From positions 46,438,001 through 46,502,000 of the forward strand of contig OX597816.1 of assembly GCA_951406725.2 (NCBI GenBank): a DNA stretch of 64,000 bases, given 5' to 3'. Each line of letters starts with the position of its first letter. Position 1 is the stretch's first letter. The position numbers were made by a program, and so were the translations under genes. The notes under the pieces are model-generated. The model made no database searches, was not told the origin of the DNA, and saw only the letters and a list, made by a program, of their open reading frames with translations. This document shows positions 51,201 to 64,000 of this stretch, piece by piece. The stretch comes from Octopus vulgaris (taxonomy: Eukaryota).

Positions 51201-53982
51201 GAAAAACTGTCTTCCAGTTTTTTTTTTTCTTTTTCATTTACTCAGAAGAAAAGGCATGTGAATAGAAAAGAATCGCAAGACGGATTTTTCAAGCCAACCA
51301 GCTGGAGACATTGGGGTTAAACCAAGAGTATGATGGTTGAATAATATCCATAGTCTCAACTGGCCACGCTTGGGAATCCAACCGGAAGGTTCGCAGCTAT
51401 GAACGTATGATTAGAATGCCGCAGGAATGAATCGCAATGCGGGTTCTTCAAGCCGAACCAACAGGCAGGACCTCAGTCACGTTTGGGATTCCAACCAGAA
51501 AGTCCGGTGCTACGGACATGAGATTAGAATGTTGTAAGAAAGTATCGCATGACGGATTCTTCAAGTCAAGCCAATCGGCAGGAGATCTAGAGACAGACCA
51601 AGAATGAGATTGTTAGATAATATCTGTAGTCTCTCTGAGTCACTTTTGGTAATCTCAGCCGGAAAGTGTAATGATAATTGCTTCTTATAGGTCCTTCTGG
51701 AGGAGATACCTGAGGATTCTTCCACCACGGCCCTCCCAGAAATAGTGGGCGGAGAAAATGGATGGATGGATAAAGCATTGTTCATGATTCTTTTAAAGTG
51801 CCTTCAAAATTGGTGGTTAATAGAGAAAGAGAGAGAGAACTATAGGAATTATCATCAAACCGAAAACCTAGTTTGAATGCTTCCAACAGTGTGGAGTCCA
51901 CTAAAAGCACCCAAGGTGAGAGATGCTGGTGTTAATTTAGGCGACGAGATTCCGTCTGTCACTCAAGTAGGACATGGTAGGATTTGAACTCAGAACGCAA
52001 AGATCTGGAGGAAATACTGCAAAGCATCCAATCTAACGTTCTTACACTTCTGCTAATCCATACCCTAGTTTGGTAATATTTCAGTGTCGAAAGGATGAAA
52101 GGCAAAGCTGACCTCGGTAGGATCTGAATTCAAAATGTAGGAAGTCGGGACAAATACCGCAGGGTATTCACTTCAACGCCAGAAGACTGCCAATGCACTG
52201 CCCAGCATGTGTTACCCTTTACCTATTATTTGTTTTAATCACTGGATTGCTTCCATGCTGGAGCATCGACTTGAAAGGTTTAGTCCCAGTGCTTATTTTT
52301 CTGAGTCTGGTGCTTAATCTGTCGGTCTCTTTTACCGAACCGTTAAGTTACATGGACGTTAACAAACCAATACCGGTTGACAAGCTGTGGTGGTGAATAT
52401 ACACAAACACAAAGACACACAGAAACGTGTAAGTTTATATGCAATGGGCTTCTATACAGTTTTTTCGTATAACAAATTCACTCATAAGGCATTGGTCGAA
52501 CCAGAGCAATTGTAGAAGACATTTGCCCGAGGTACTACGCAGTGGCACAGAATCCGAAACCAGGTGCTTGAATAACGAAATTGTTAGACCATACAACCAT
52601 GCCTGACATTGCATTGTACAAGAAATATTTGTGAGACTAAATATAAATCAGAATAGCCGTATAGACCAGCTTTTAATATTTTGACTGCACCAACCAATAT
52701 ACCGGCAATATAGCTTCTATGAACAATAATTTATTGCTCCTATATTTCCTTCCCATACATGTTAAATGTAACTCTTCTGGAAAATATTTTATGCAGGCTA
52801 TATGCTTCATACAGATAAAATGGCATCACAAAGGCAGAATTTGTTTCTTCAAAGCCAAAATGTGCTCCAATCCTGAACGGTTGCCAAGTTTTAACTTAGC
52901 ACAAATATGGCCCATTGAAGAATATTGCTCATATATTTGCGACCAATGCAAACGCATTCCCAGACTTAATTCAGCAAATAATTAAAAAACTTACTGAAAA
53001 TCAGATCTACTGACACTAACACTTTCAACTACAAAATAAAGGAACCGCTCCGCAGTTACTCGGCGTGTTAGAAATGGTGACCAAATCTTGCTTACATCGT
53101 GTCCTACAGTTTTAAATTAAAGAAACAAAAAAGAAGACATGTTGGATGATGTATTCTCTGTTGCACAGAAAGAAGGGCTGTGGCGACTAGAATGCTTTTT
53201 GTCATATGTGGTTGTTAATCAAGACTTGTCTGGAGCAAAAAATTAACGAATTTGCGGATTAGTCATGATAGAAATCTGTTGTGAAATTGTATCAGTGATC
53301 AAGTCGCAGAGAGCCAAGAAATTAGTATTAAGAAATAAACGATAAGTTTGCATTGAGTTCAAATTTTGGCTCAAGGCCAGCAGTTTTGGATTGGGGTTAT
53401 GTCGATTAAATTAACTTCAGTCCTCAACTGGCACTTATTTTATCGACCCTGAAAGGAGGAAAGATAAAGGTAACCTCGGCAGAATTTGAACTCAGAATGT
53501 AAAGACGGACGAAATATCGCTAAGCATTTTGCCCGGCGTGCTAACGATTGCACCAGCTTGTCGCCTTATAACGAGAAGTTAATTTAAATAGCTGTGTTTG
53601 CCTCTATTTGTTTCTGCTACATCTACTGAAATAATATCGGTTCCTCTAGATTTAACAATGCTATTCCGAGCCCATCAACTACAATGAATCACCTTTTCTT
53701 TGTCTTGTATAAAATTCTCAATCCAAATAACTTCCCAAAGCAGGATTCTCTGGACCACTCTTTTCTTTTTGTTCTACTACAACCAATTATAGCAGCAGTA
53801 GAGCAGAACAAACGTAATACAATCGTCATGACCCCTATAGATTCTGATTAATGTGAGAGAGCGCAACACAACATAGAGGGAACAGATGAGTTTCGGCAAG
53901 TCGAGTCTTGGATACAGGGAAAGCATCAGGCTGATAATATCTCGTAACTTTGTTGTTCCAATCAAAACAGACCTGTTATACC

Positions 53983-54214
53983 TATTTCTTTATTACCCAC
54001 AAGGGGCTGAATATAGAGGGGACAAACATGGACAGACATAGGTATTAAGTCGATTATATCGACCCCAGTGCTTAACTGGTACTTAATTTATCGACCCCGA
54101 AAGGATGAAAGGCAAAGTCGACCTCGGCGGAATTTGAACTCACAACGTAACGGCAGACGAAATACCGCTAAGCATTTCGCCCGACGTGCTAACGATTCTG
54201 CTAGCTCGCCGCCT
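53983..54214 (-). mobile_element. SINE family C
   Basis: Full-length copy; TSD tgttatacct. Confidence 0.9.
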
Positions 54215-55040
54215 TGTTATACCTTGAGCCATAGAGAGGGCCTCTATGTGATCGCTCAACCTATTAGAAACAGCAGCCAAATTACCTTCAAGTTACATCC
54301 TACCAGCTTGAAAGAGAGGGACAAATTGTATAATACAGTTCTAGGAGTTTAATGCCTCCCCACAAAGAAAAAGAAGGGATTAGATGGGATGGTCATGGCA
54401 GGAAACCTTTGATTATAGATATCTTTTTTTATTTTTCATTGGTTTGATCTGGCGGAAGGGTCCGTGCCGATGGTCTTGGTACGTTAACATACATTCATTA
54501 TCGATCCTAGAAGGATGAAAGCCAAAAGTGACCTCGTTTTGAGTTGATCTCAAAACACAAAATAAATAAAGAAAAACAAAGAAAAAAAAGAAAATCTAAA
54601 AGAAACTGCACAAAGCATTTCGTCTGACGCTCCAACACTTGCGACACTTTTACTGTTACAAAATGAACGAGAAACATACAAACATACATACAAATCGATG
54701 ACCTCCAATACTGCTGGGATCGATGCCGTTAATGTTCTTGAATTGTTGCAAATGAACAACTGTACGAAAAATATGTACAAGGAGGAGGAATTCCAGAAGA
54801 TCGATGTTCTGCGTATTGACAATTAGTGCGAAGCTTGAAGGGTTAGACACGATACAGATGACGTGAAGCGGGGAGACGAGTGCGTGGGGATTGCTTGAGT
54901 GGGGGTAGTTAGAGACTTGCTATATCTGAGAAACGGAGGTCATTGTAGTAGTGTCAGAAGAGCCACAGAGAGAGAGAGAGAGAGAAAGAGAAAAAGATAC
55001 AGACAGAGACTAACAGAAAGACAGAAACAGAGATACCACA

Positions 55041-55460
55041 GGCGTAGGAGTGGCTGTGTGGTAAGTAACTTACTTACCAACCACATGGTTCCGGGTTCAG
55101 TCCCACTGCGTGGCCCCGTAGGCAAGTGTCTTCTACTATAGCCTCGGACCGACCAAAGCCTTGTGAATGAATTTGGTAGACGGAAACTGAAAGAAGCTTG
55201 TCGTATATATGTATATATATATGTATGTATGTATGTGTGTGTGTATATGTTTGTATGTCTCTGTTTGTCCCCCAACATCGCTTGACAACCGATGCTGGTG
55301 TGTTTATGTTCCCGTGACTTAGCGGTTCGGCAAAAGAGACCGATAGAATAAGTACTAGGCTTACAAAGAACAAGCTCTGGGGGGTCGGTCTGTTCGACTA
55401 TAAAGGCGGTACTCCAGCATGGCCGCAGTCAAATGACTGAAGCAAGTAAAAGAGTAAAAC
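55041..55460 (+). mobile_element. SINE family A
   Basis: Full-length copy. Confidence 0.9.
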
Positions 55461-55576
55461 GAGAGTATATGTGTGGTCAGTGTTTGAGAAGCGATTTACT
55501 GTGACTTCGTACAAATCAGTTGAACGCTAGATCTGAGGCTAAACACGTAGCATTTTATGGAGTTAGCTCACTAAAA

Positions 55577-55629
<53 letters not shown>

Positions 55630-56329
55630 AGAAAACATCACCTAAAATGTACGAGCTGACATATTAGACACCAAACAGATCGTTTAATGCACCATAGAGC
55701 AATGCAGAAATGAAAGGAGTAAGACGAATAATACATGGTGTGTGAATAGTTATAGTAATGTCAGCATTACTGAAAGTTTGAGTTGAGGAATTTACTTTAT
55801 AAACTTCAGCACATCGTATTTTTAGTTACTCATTACTCTTAGTGTTACAACTTACTCTGTTCGTTCTGTTGAAATATGCTAGGCGATATCTTATCATACA
55901 CTAGATTACTTAATAACCTAATGCATCTAATTCCTATGCAAACAAGATAAAGGTGACACCTAAATGAGTATTGAATACAAATTTACTTTCTAGTTCAGTA
56001 AAAGCGTACACACCTCTTACATATATTAAAACTTGTAAATGGTACTGAGGATAAAAGTTGAAAAAGTAGTAGTAGTAGTAGTAATAGTGACAATGATAAT
56101 AATAATCGGCAGAAGGGTCTGAAAATTTGGGGGAGGGTATAGTCGGTTACATCGACTTCAGTGTTTCACTGGTACTTAATTTAACGATCCCCGAAAGAAT
56201 GAGAGGCAAAGTCAACCTCGGCGGAATTTGAACTCAGAACATAGCGACGAACGAAATGCCACTAAGCATTTTGCCCGGCGTGCTAACGATTCTGCCAACA
56301 TCATAGATACTACCACAACTAGGGATGCA

Positions 56330-56725
56330 ACCTGTAGGTGGCAAAGAGAAAGAAAAGGTGGAAAAAATGTAAATTACTAAAAGACGAAATTGCAAGAATG
56401 TGATAAATGAATAACGTTACTGCCATCTCAGTTGTTGTGGGAGCACTCGGAGCACTAACAACCAAGTTCGAAAAATATGTTGGAGATACTGGTTTTGACA
56501 TGAGAGCAGAGCACGTCCCCAAAATTGCTCTATTGGAGACAGCTAGGATTTTGAGATTGGTACCTGGGTGTTGAGTATCTACCACGAAACTTAACACCTA
56601 AGTTTGTGGAAAGGGACCCTGTGTGACCTTTGGCAACAGGATACTGTCTGCTCTCACAGAATTAGCCAGGGTAAGTATGATCGAGAGATCTGAGAAGTAA
56701 AATATAATAATAATGATAATAATAA
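56330..56725 (+). mobile_element. R4/Dong LINE 3' end (restriction-like endonuclease C-terminus)
   Basis: EKVEK..LLKDEIARM...VVVGALGAL...KIALLETARILRLV followed by a (TAA)n tail. Confidence 0.8.
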
Positions 56726-56729
56726 AAAT

Positions 56730-57145
56730 AAATGCCCTGATGGCAGTGGGCTTCGTGGCTTCTGATCTTAACTGATTGGAAATGTACTTGTACAGGTTTT
56801 CTCTTGATGTAAAAGATGGGGTACAGCAAATATTCTGCTCAATACCGCAGATTTGCTTGTTAGTTAAGTATGTCTCTTAGTGGCTGACGATATGTGCATC
56901 TCTGATTTCGAGCGGGAGTAGTGTGGAAGCCATGTGTTGAGAGGAATTCTTTGGTGTTGGAATAATTCACCTCAGCAAACATGCATGTTTCGTACATTGA
57001 TAAGAGATTACCATACCGCGCACATATGGCTGTGATGCATATGCCCAGTGTACTCTTATCAGACGGGTAGTCATGATGGGTATATTGGGCTTTGTTTATT
57101 TTTACACCAGTGTCACTTTGCTTGCTTGCGCTGCTCTCTAACTCA
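56730..57145 (+). mobile_element. Repeat family D
   Basis: Homolog of 48848-49300; directly follows the (TAA)n tail of the Dong fragment. Confidence 0.75.
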
Positions 57146-58257
57146 ATAATAATAATAATTATTATTATTATTATTATTGTTGTTGTTGTTATGATAATTC
57201 TGCTTGTCATTGCGCTACTTAGCCCGTCGTTAACGCTTTCACGTGGTTAGAGAATAAGAGGAAAAGAGAAAAGGAGAGAGAGAAAGAGATAGAGAGAGAA
57301 GCGTCCATGATGTGAAGTAGAGGAAATGTAATTGTAACTCTTTCACGTGATTAGTTGAAGGGAAAGAGAGCAGAAAGAAAAAAGGAGAGAGAGAAAGGGG
57401 ATAAGGCGAAGACTGAGACTGAAAGAGGGAGAAAGAAAAAAAGAGAGAGAGAGAAGCGTCTATGATGTGAGGTAGGGGGAATGTAATATTTATTACGTGG
57501 TTAAAAAAGTTAGTTGAAGGTAGAGGAGAATTAAATATATAATTTTAGCAGAGCGGTGATGTTCTGATGGTGAGGTTAAAGAAGAGCACAGAGAGAAAGG
57601 GGAGGGCAGCGAGAGGTGAAGAGAGAGATGGTGGTGGTAGTAGTGGTGATTGGATAGTGCAAAGTTTTTGTTTTTTTATAATTGAACTAAGCTTTCTATG
57701 TCACTTACCACTTGACGCATGCGCGTAAGTGCAATTCCGCGAAATATTCACGCTTATTTATGTGCCAGATATATGCAATTTAACTAAAGGTTGTATCATA
57801 TGTATGGGATTTTTTTTTCTTATGGGAAAATGGAAAAATTAGAGTGAATATTTATTTTATGGGTGCCGTGTATTAAGTCTATAAAACTGTGCATAAAGTA
57901 TATAAAGTGTATATATAAAGTGCATTAAATAATCATTGTATTCCAATTTCTTTCACTTTTCAATGAGTAGCAGATGAGCGACTATCTTTTCATACAGATT
58001 CAACACAGGTTACGCTTTCAGGCTTTTTGATAAAGTTTTCAGAAATAGCCCAGTATGTTTATCATTAATTCTATGAAATATTCACGGATCCCGCTAGTTA
58101 TTATTATTATTATTATTATCATTATTATTATTATTATTATTATTATTAGAGTTATAATTCCGCCGAAGTCGAATTTGCCTTTCATCCTTCCGGGGTCGAT
58201 GTAATCCCTTCCCCCAAATTTGAGGCCTTCTGCTTCCTGTAGAAAGAATTATTATTA

Positions 58258-59199
58258 TTTTTCAAGTTCCACTTGAAAAGGAAGATGAGAATAGAGAGGG
58301 AAGCGCTGTTTCGTAGCAAATTTATTGAAAGGTGGATGAATGTCGGTAAAATGGTCAGTATGAACGGACCAATTCTGAGGTTACACCTGTAAAAAAGGGG
58401 TAATGTAAAAGGAGAAGGGGCTCTCTACCCCTTTTTAACCGGGCTCCCGTGGCTTTTATAGATTTTTTCCACGAGTAACCTTTCAAAGCGCCTCCACCTA
58501 TTGGGAGTTCTTTCTAACTGTTATATATTTTTGCTGTTATTTTAATGTTTACTCGGACCTTTCTTTTTCAAAACCCTTTGTACTTTTCGTCCTGTATTTG
58601 TCCTTAAATTGTTTTGATTTGTTAGCCCTTGTGGTCAATAAAACCAGAATTATTATTATATCCATAGTGAAGATTGCCCCGCCGACCTCCTTTAACCGGG
58701 AGGGCAAGGCAGTTTTCCTTTGCCTAGTGGCTGTAGCGAAAGAGGTGGTATGGTGGACCCGTTTGAAAGGGCTAAGGTCAGACACTTTCCTCTTTGGCCC
58801 AGGCCTCATCAACTTTTTCAAGTTTCACTTGAAAAGGAAGATGAGAGTAGAGAAGGAAGTGCTGTCCAATAGCAAGTTTAGTGAAAGGTGGATAAATGTC
58901 GCAAGAATGGCCAGTATGAAAGGAGCCATTCTGAGGTTACACCTGTGATTTAAAAAGGTATTACAAAAGGAGAAAGGGGCTCTCTACCCCCCTTTTTGAC
59001 CAGGCTCCCGTTGGCTTTTATGGGTTTTTTCCACCAGGAAAATTTCGTAACGCCTCCCCCTTTTAGGAGATTTTCGTTGTTATATTTTCATTGTTAAACT
59101 GTTTTTTACTCGGACTTTACAAACGGACAAAACCCTTTGTAACCTTTCGTTCCTTTATGTGATAATTGATTTTTGTCAGCCCTTGCGGCCAATAAAAAA

Positions 59200-59202
<3 letters not shown>
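58258..59202 (+). mobile_element. Two head-to-tail 3' ends of a Tx1/L1-clade LINE
   Basis: Copies ~58258-58660 and ~58661-59202. Peptide VAKEVVWWTR...FFKFHLKRKMRVE...FSERW; each copy ends in AATAAA then (TTA)n. Confidence 0.7.
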
Positions 59203-59262
<60 letters not shown>

Positions 59263-59599
59263 GTAAAAGATTAGTAAAAAATAAATTCGTAGGGGAATGA
59301 AAGATTCCTAAAAACTTGATAAACTAAAAAGATGAAATTTTGAATAATGTTTGCTCAAAATAAGTTTGCATAACTGACACTAGAAATTAGTTCGTTATTT
59401 TGTAGTCTGTAAAATTATCGTAACATTTGATTTACGCTTTCCACACAATTCACATTCATAAATAAAACTTGATACAACATTCTCGTTGTAAATCATGAAA
59501 TCATGTTGTCAACGAATGAAAAGAGTGGATTTAGTAAATATTTAAACATATAAGATATTTAGCCTAAAGATATTTTCTAAAGATCTTATTACAAACGAA

Positions 59600-60125
59600 A
59601 TGTGTGGTATTGCTGGTTAATTTAGGTTTGTAAAGGTTAAACAAGAACAATTATAACACATCTCCTCTTCCAGTCTTTTCCGTTGCTATTTCAGTAATTT
59701 CTGTATGGAGTTTAGGCTTAACAAATTTACGAGAGTTATTTTCGAAAGGAGATTGACCAAGCCGTTAAATATCAATGCTGAACTCATCCAGACTTTAGAG
59801 GAATTGGGAACAGATGTGTTATATAAGGTAAATGGGATCAGACACGCTAGACTTAAGGAACTAATCAGAAAGGATTAGACCTGGCGGATTAGGAGGATCC
59901 TTAGAAGTAAACTCATTAGAAGCAATTAACGCACAAGTGATTCCGGCAGCAAACTAGCTTCATTGTAGTAAACTGGAATATACAAGAGACGAAAAATAAT
60001 GACAAAAGAATAAGATTATCGACAAAATTTAGACAAAATTGCATGTATATTCCGAGACAGAATGGATAAAGAGACCTTGCACAACTTGAGAGGGCATATG
60101 AAACAAGTACAATAGGACGCGAAAC
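59600..60125 (+). mobile_element. Decayed R4/Dong LINE RT C-terminal fragment
   Basis: GIRHARLKELIRK..RIRRILRSKL..AINAQVIP...MYIPRQNG.RDLAQLE across frameshifts. Confidence 0.65.
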
Positions 60126-60302
60126 TTATTTCGTAATAAATACTGTCATGTAGAGTGCTTTAAATAAATCTTACTCTAAAACAACTAAATTAAGGTAAGG
60201 TTCATAAACAAAGACGAAATAATTCATCTTCATTTTTTTAAATTTTGTTTCCATGTAGTTTTAAAATTATATGGACGTTGCGATCAATCAATTCTAACAA
60301 AG

Positions 60303-60309
60303 AAAAAAA
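60303..60309 (-). terminator. Pol III oligo-dT terminator of tRNA-Arg
   Basis: T7 run on the minus strand 11 nt downstream of the tRNA 3' end. Confidence 0.7.
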
Positions 60310-60320
60310 TATATTATTTA

Positions 60321-60393
60321 CGACCACAACGAGACTCGAACTCGCAATCTTCTGATTCGAAGTCAGACGCCTTATCCATTAGGCCATGCGGCC
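60321..60393 (-). tRNA. tRNA-Arg, anticodon TCG
   Basis: Minus strand reads GGCCGCATGGCCTAATGGATAAGGCGTCTGACTTCGAATCAGAAGATTGCGAGTTCGAGTCTCGTTGTGGTCG (73 nt). Acceptor stem GGCCGCA/TGTGGTC, anticodon arm TCTGA-CT-TCG-AA-TCAGA, T arm GCGAG-TTCGAGT-CTCGT; A and B boxes intact. Confidence 0.95.
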
Positions 60394-61756
60394 AACCGAC
60401 AACTTACGTTGAAATTACTTATAATATATTTTATTTTATTTTTTTAATTGTTAATATTTTTGTTGTTTTTCAAGAGTATATGGAATGACATCATAACATG
60501 TATACTCATATTATTAGCTAGCTGAATACTCAGAGTTGCCCAGAAAATAAAGCCCTCTGTTTCAATGTGTTGAAAAAGAATCAAAGTATAGTTATTCTAT
60601 CAAACACAACGTTCGGTTGTATTCTTCATAACAATAGATTGACGAAGCAAAGAAAAAAAAAAGATTTTTCCATCGTAAGAATACATATAAACATTGTGGC
60701 GTAGCTACACAAATGTACCTCACCATTATCGACATTGTTTATCTCGTAACTTTCTGAAAATGGATATTTTTGTAATGAAATTTTTTACAGCTATCTTTCA
60801 GATGATGTAGATTACGATTCTATCGGAATTTAATGCGAGAGAAAAAAAATGGAGCAGAAGGGAATAAAAAAAACATTGGTGAGTGTGCACACACATACTG
60901 ACACTCATTACATATATACAAATATATACAAAATAAACTTGAAATCTTGAAAGCATTATATGATGTGTGCGCACCCACCAATTTTTCTTTCACATTAAAT
61001 TCCGATTTAATCGTAATATAAGCTATGTGAAAGGATTTTGTAGCAAATTCCATTTTAAAATACCCGTTTTTTATTTCTGAAAGTTATGTACAAACAAAGC
61101 CAAGAAGGACATACTCGTGTATGTATGCCAAACATTGTTCTATTTTACAGTAAGCTAGCATCGAACATTCCAGCTATTCTTTAAAGAAACATATTTCTCT
61201 TCCAGTTACAGTCCCTGCTAGCTTCAACAGCGTCTCGTATTTGCTGATAGACCTTGCGAAGATTGTGGTGTAATCACGTCACCTATCATGTATGTGACTT
61301 AACTACTTCCAATTTAGATATGTCTTCTTCGTGCTATACATATAATTTGCGGCTCGAGCGAAGCAGAAAGCTCTGCGCACATACAACGTTATCTGAGGGT
61401 CAATATCGCAGAACACAACCAAACTGTCTTTCCTGCCAGAAAGTAAACCGATCCAGCAGAAACCAAATTGGCAACGTAGCATCGTCTTGATTAGCTAGAA
61501 CTTAGCCCGTTAAATGAGGGGCTAAGTAACTTCTTTTCTTAATCCCTTTTTGCAATATTTCAAGGAACTTCAAATAAGAAATAGATCAGAGAAATAGCTG
61601 ATTCTAGCCAACGACTGGTCAGTCACATTAGTGTATTTACACACACACACATACACACACTCTCTCTCTCCTCTCTCACTCTCCTTCTCTGTCCTCTCTC
61701 ACTCTCCTTCTCTCTCTCTCTCCCGCTTATCCTCTCTCCCATCTCTCTTTCACTCT

Positions 61757-61810
<54 letters not shown>

Positions 61811-62499
61811 CCTCTCTCATTCTGAATAAATATACAAAAATAACATACAAATGAGCTGTCGTATACACACATTACGGCAAAAACATATTCATTTCAAGCA
61901 GAAAAGACTTTCAAATATGAAATGAAAATTGTTCTTGTTGTTGTTGTTTTGTCGTAATGTGCATATATTTGTTTAGAATCACTTCTTTAAAAAAAAAAAT
62001 TGGTTCTTGCTTTCTAATACTTTTCTGTTTGTTTGACCTTAAATTCTAAAAGGATGAAAAAAAAAGTTGTTGGTTTTAAAATACATTTCTTTATATTCAT
62101 TTCCACATATGAACTCTCTCTCTGATTCAAATAACTGAAATGCTAAGGATTCTAAGAATGAATACATCTTATCCTTTGCCACACCCAGAAAATACTATAG
62201 CCTCAATAACATGGTTGCATGAGCTTCTTAAAAGCCCATCAGTCTTATACCATTGCACAGTATAGTCGTGGTGGATCCAAGTTACAAAGGTGCACGATAG
62301 GTCATCCTACTTTAAGATTGAGACAATGACGTGGGAATCAAGTCGGGCCCAGTGAACGTAGAAACTGCATGCGATAGTTGACACTTGAGTCTGCTCCGAA
62401 ACTGTGTCAACTAGTAGCACTGAACGTTACTAGAACAGATAGCTGTTGCATCAGATACTGCCACACTGAAAGTTACATGTATTCTTTTTTTCTTTTATT

Positions 62500-62743
62500 T
62501 TTTTACGTGGTTCAGTTATTTGACTGCGGCCATACTGGATCACCGCCTTAAAGGGGGATTTTTTAGTCGAAGAAATCGGCCCTAGGACTTATTCTTTGTG
62601 AGCCTAGTACTTATTCTATCGGTCTCTTTTGCGAACCATGAAGTTATAGGGGCATAAACACACCAACATCGGTTGTCAAGCGATGATGAGAAGGGAAGAC
62701 AAACGCAGACACAAAGACACTCACATAAATACAAACACACGCT

Positions 62744-62783
<40 letters not shown>

Positions 62784-62823
62784 CTTGGAAGAGGATGCGT
62801 GGCGTTCAATCGTATAATATAAG

Positions 62824-62916
<93 letters not shown>

Positions 62917-62961
62917 TATATACATACGTATATGTACATACTTACATCTATACATACATAC

Positions 62962-63011
<50 letters not shown>

Positions 63012-63556
63012 TATGTGGGCACAGGACGTCACGAAACGTGTACAACAAAAATATACGAAGTACGAGTACATGGAATATGAACTATTTTTTCGAACAACGA
63101 AAGACACAAATGGAAAACAAGACAAAGAACATAAAGAACGACCCTTCATCAGTTGTTGGGTGTTTTTCTACACTCGTATTTCGAGCATTTAGCAACAATA
63201 TATGCTTTTGATAAAGCAGTTGCTCCCACAAAGCAAATTAAATAAAATTTGGTAACACAAACAGGACAGTGAAAACAAACTGGAAGGGCTGCTAAGCCTA
63301 AACGAGGTTGTGGTGGCGAACACGTAAATCAAGCTTGGACAGGAGACAGACAAGAACACGTCTTCTTTGTTCCACCTACAATGTATGTATACGACGGGCT
63401 TCTTTCAATTTCCGTCTACCAAATCCACTCACAAGGCTTTGGTCGGCCCTTTGGCTATAGTAGAAGACACTTGCCCAAGGTGCCACGCAATTGTACTGGA
63501 CCCGGAACTATATAGTTGGAAAGCAAGCTTCTTACCACATAGCCACGCCTGCGCCT
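62500..63556 (-). mobile_element. SINE family A split at its internal microsatellite
   Basis: Tail half ~62500-62730 and head half ~63385-63556, separated by (TA)n and a PLE-like remnant (~63005-63375). Confidence 0.7.
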
Positions 63557-63822
63557 ATACGTTAATATTCTCTTTGTGTCGAAATACATGCATTTGTTTA
63601 TATTAATAGTATCTTACATAAATATACTATTTTCTATTCAGATTAAGACAATATATGCATGTATTTAATTACACACACATACGCGCGCGCACTTAAACAC
63701 ACACATACAAACACAACACACACACATTCACATACACGCAGATACACATATAAACACACAATACACACACAAACACGTATGTATATGTATGTATGTGAAT
63801 ACGAATGGATTTATAGACATGC

Positions 63823-63860
<38 letters not shown>

Positions 63861-64000
63861 TAAGTGGAAACACTTTTGTGCAAGGAAATTATACGAAAAT
63901 GTTCTCAATTACTTTACAATAAAACAAAAAGGAATTTTCTTTTCTTTTCTTTCTTTCCTTTTGTTTCATTCTTTCTTTTCTTTTTTTATTATTTTTCTTG

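Noticed and set aside
54698-54826. 42-codon plus-strand ORF MTSNTAGID...
   Set aside because: Short, with no recognisable domain and no supporting signals.
63005-63250. CTGATGA on the minus strand in a PLE-like remnant
   Set aside because: No matching GAAA/stem III/stem I arrangement could be completed, so it is not called a ribozyme.

Overview
AT-rich, repeat-dominated animal genomic DNA. The SINE families and dense (TA)n/(CA)n/(CATA)n microsatellites suggest an octopus or other cephalopod (inference). No complete host protein-coding gene can be supported, and nearly all listed ORFs are microsatellite or SINE artefacts. Supported features: one intact tRNA-Arg(TCG) gene; dozens of tRNA-derived SINE copies from at least three modular families; fragments of RTE, R4/Dong and Tx1 LINEs; mariner, Tc1-like and hAT remnants and MITEs; and many Penelope-like element (PLE) remnants. 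The most striking signal is at least 10 sequence-distinct type I hammerhead ribozyme (HHR) motifs, read by eye. Most lie in fold-back or partial-tandem cassettes next to (TA)n tracts, and several carry a non-canonical CCGA core. One sits in an almost perfect 1.66 kb palindrome (828 bp arms, 2 nt loop) of a GIY-YIG PLE. Repeat boundaries are approximate unless termini are quoted.
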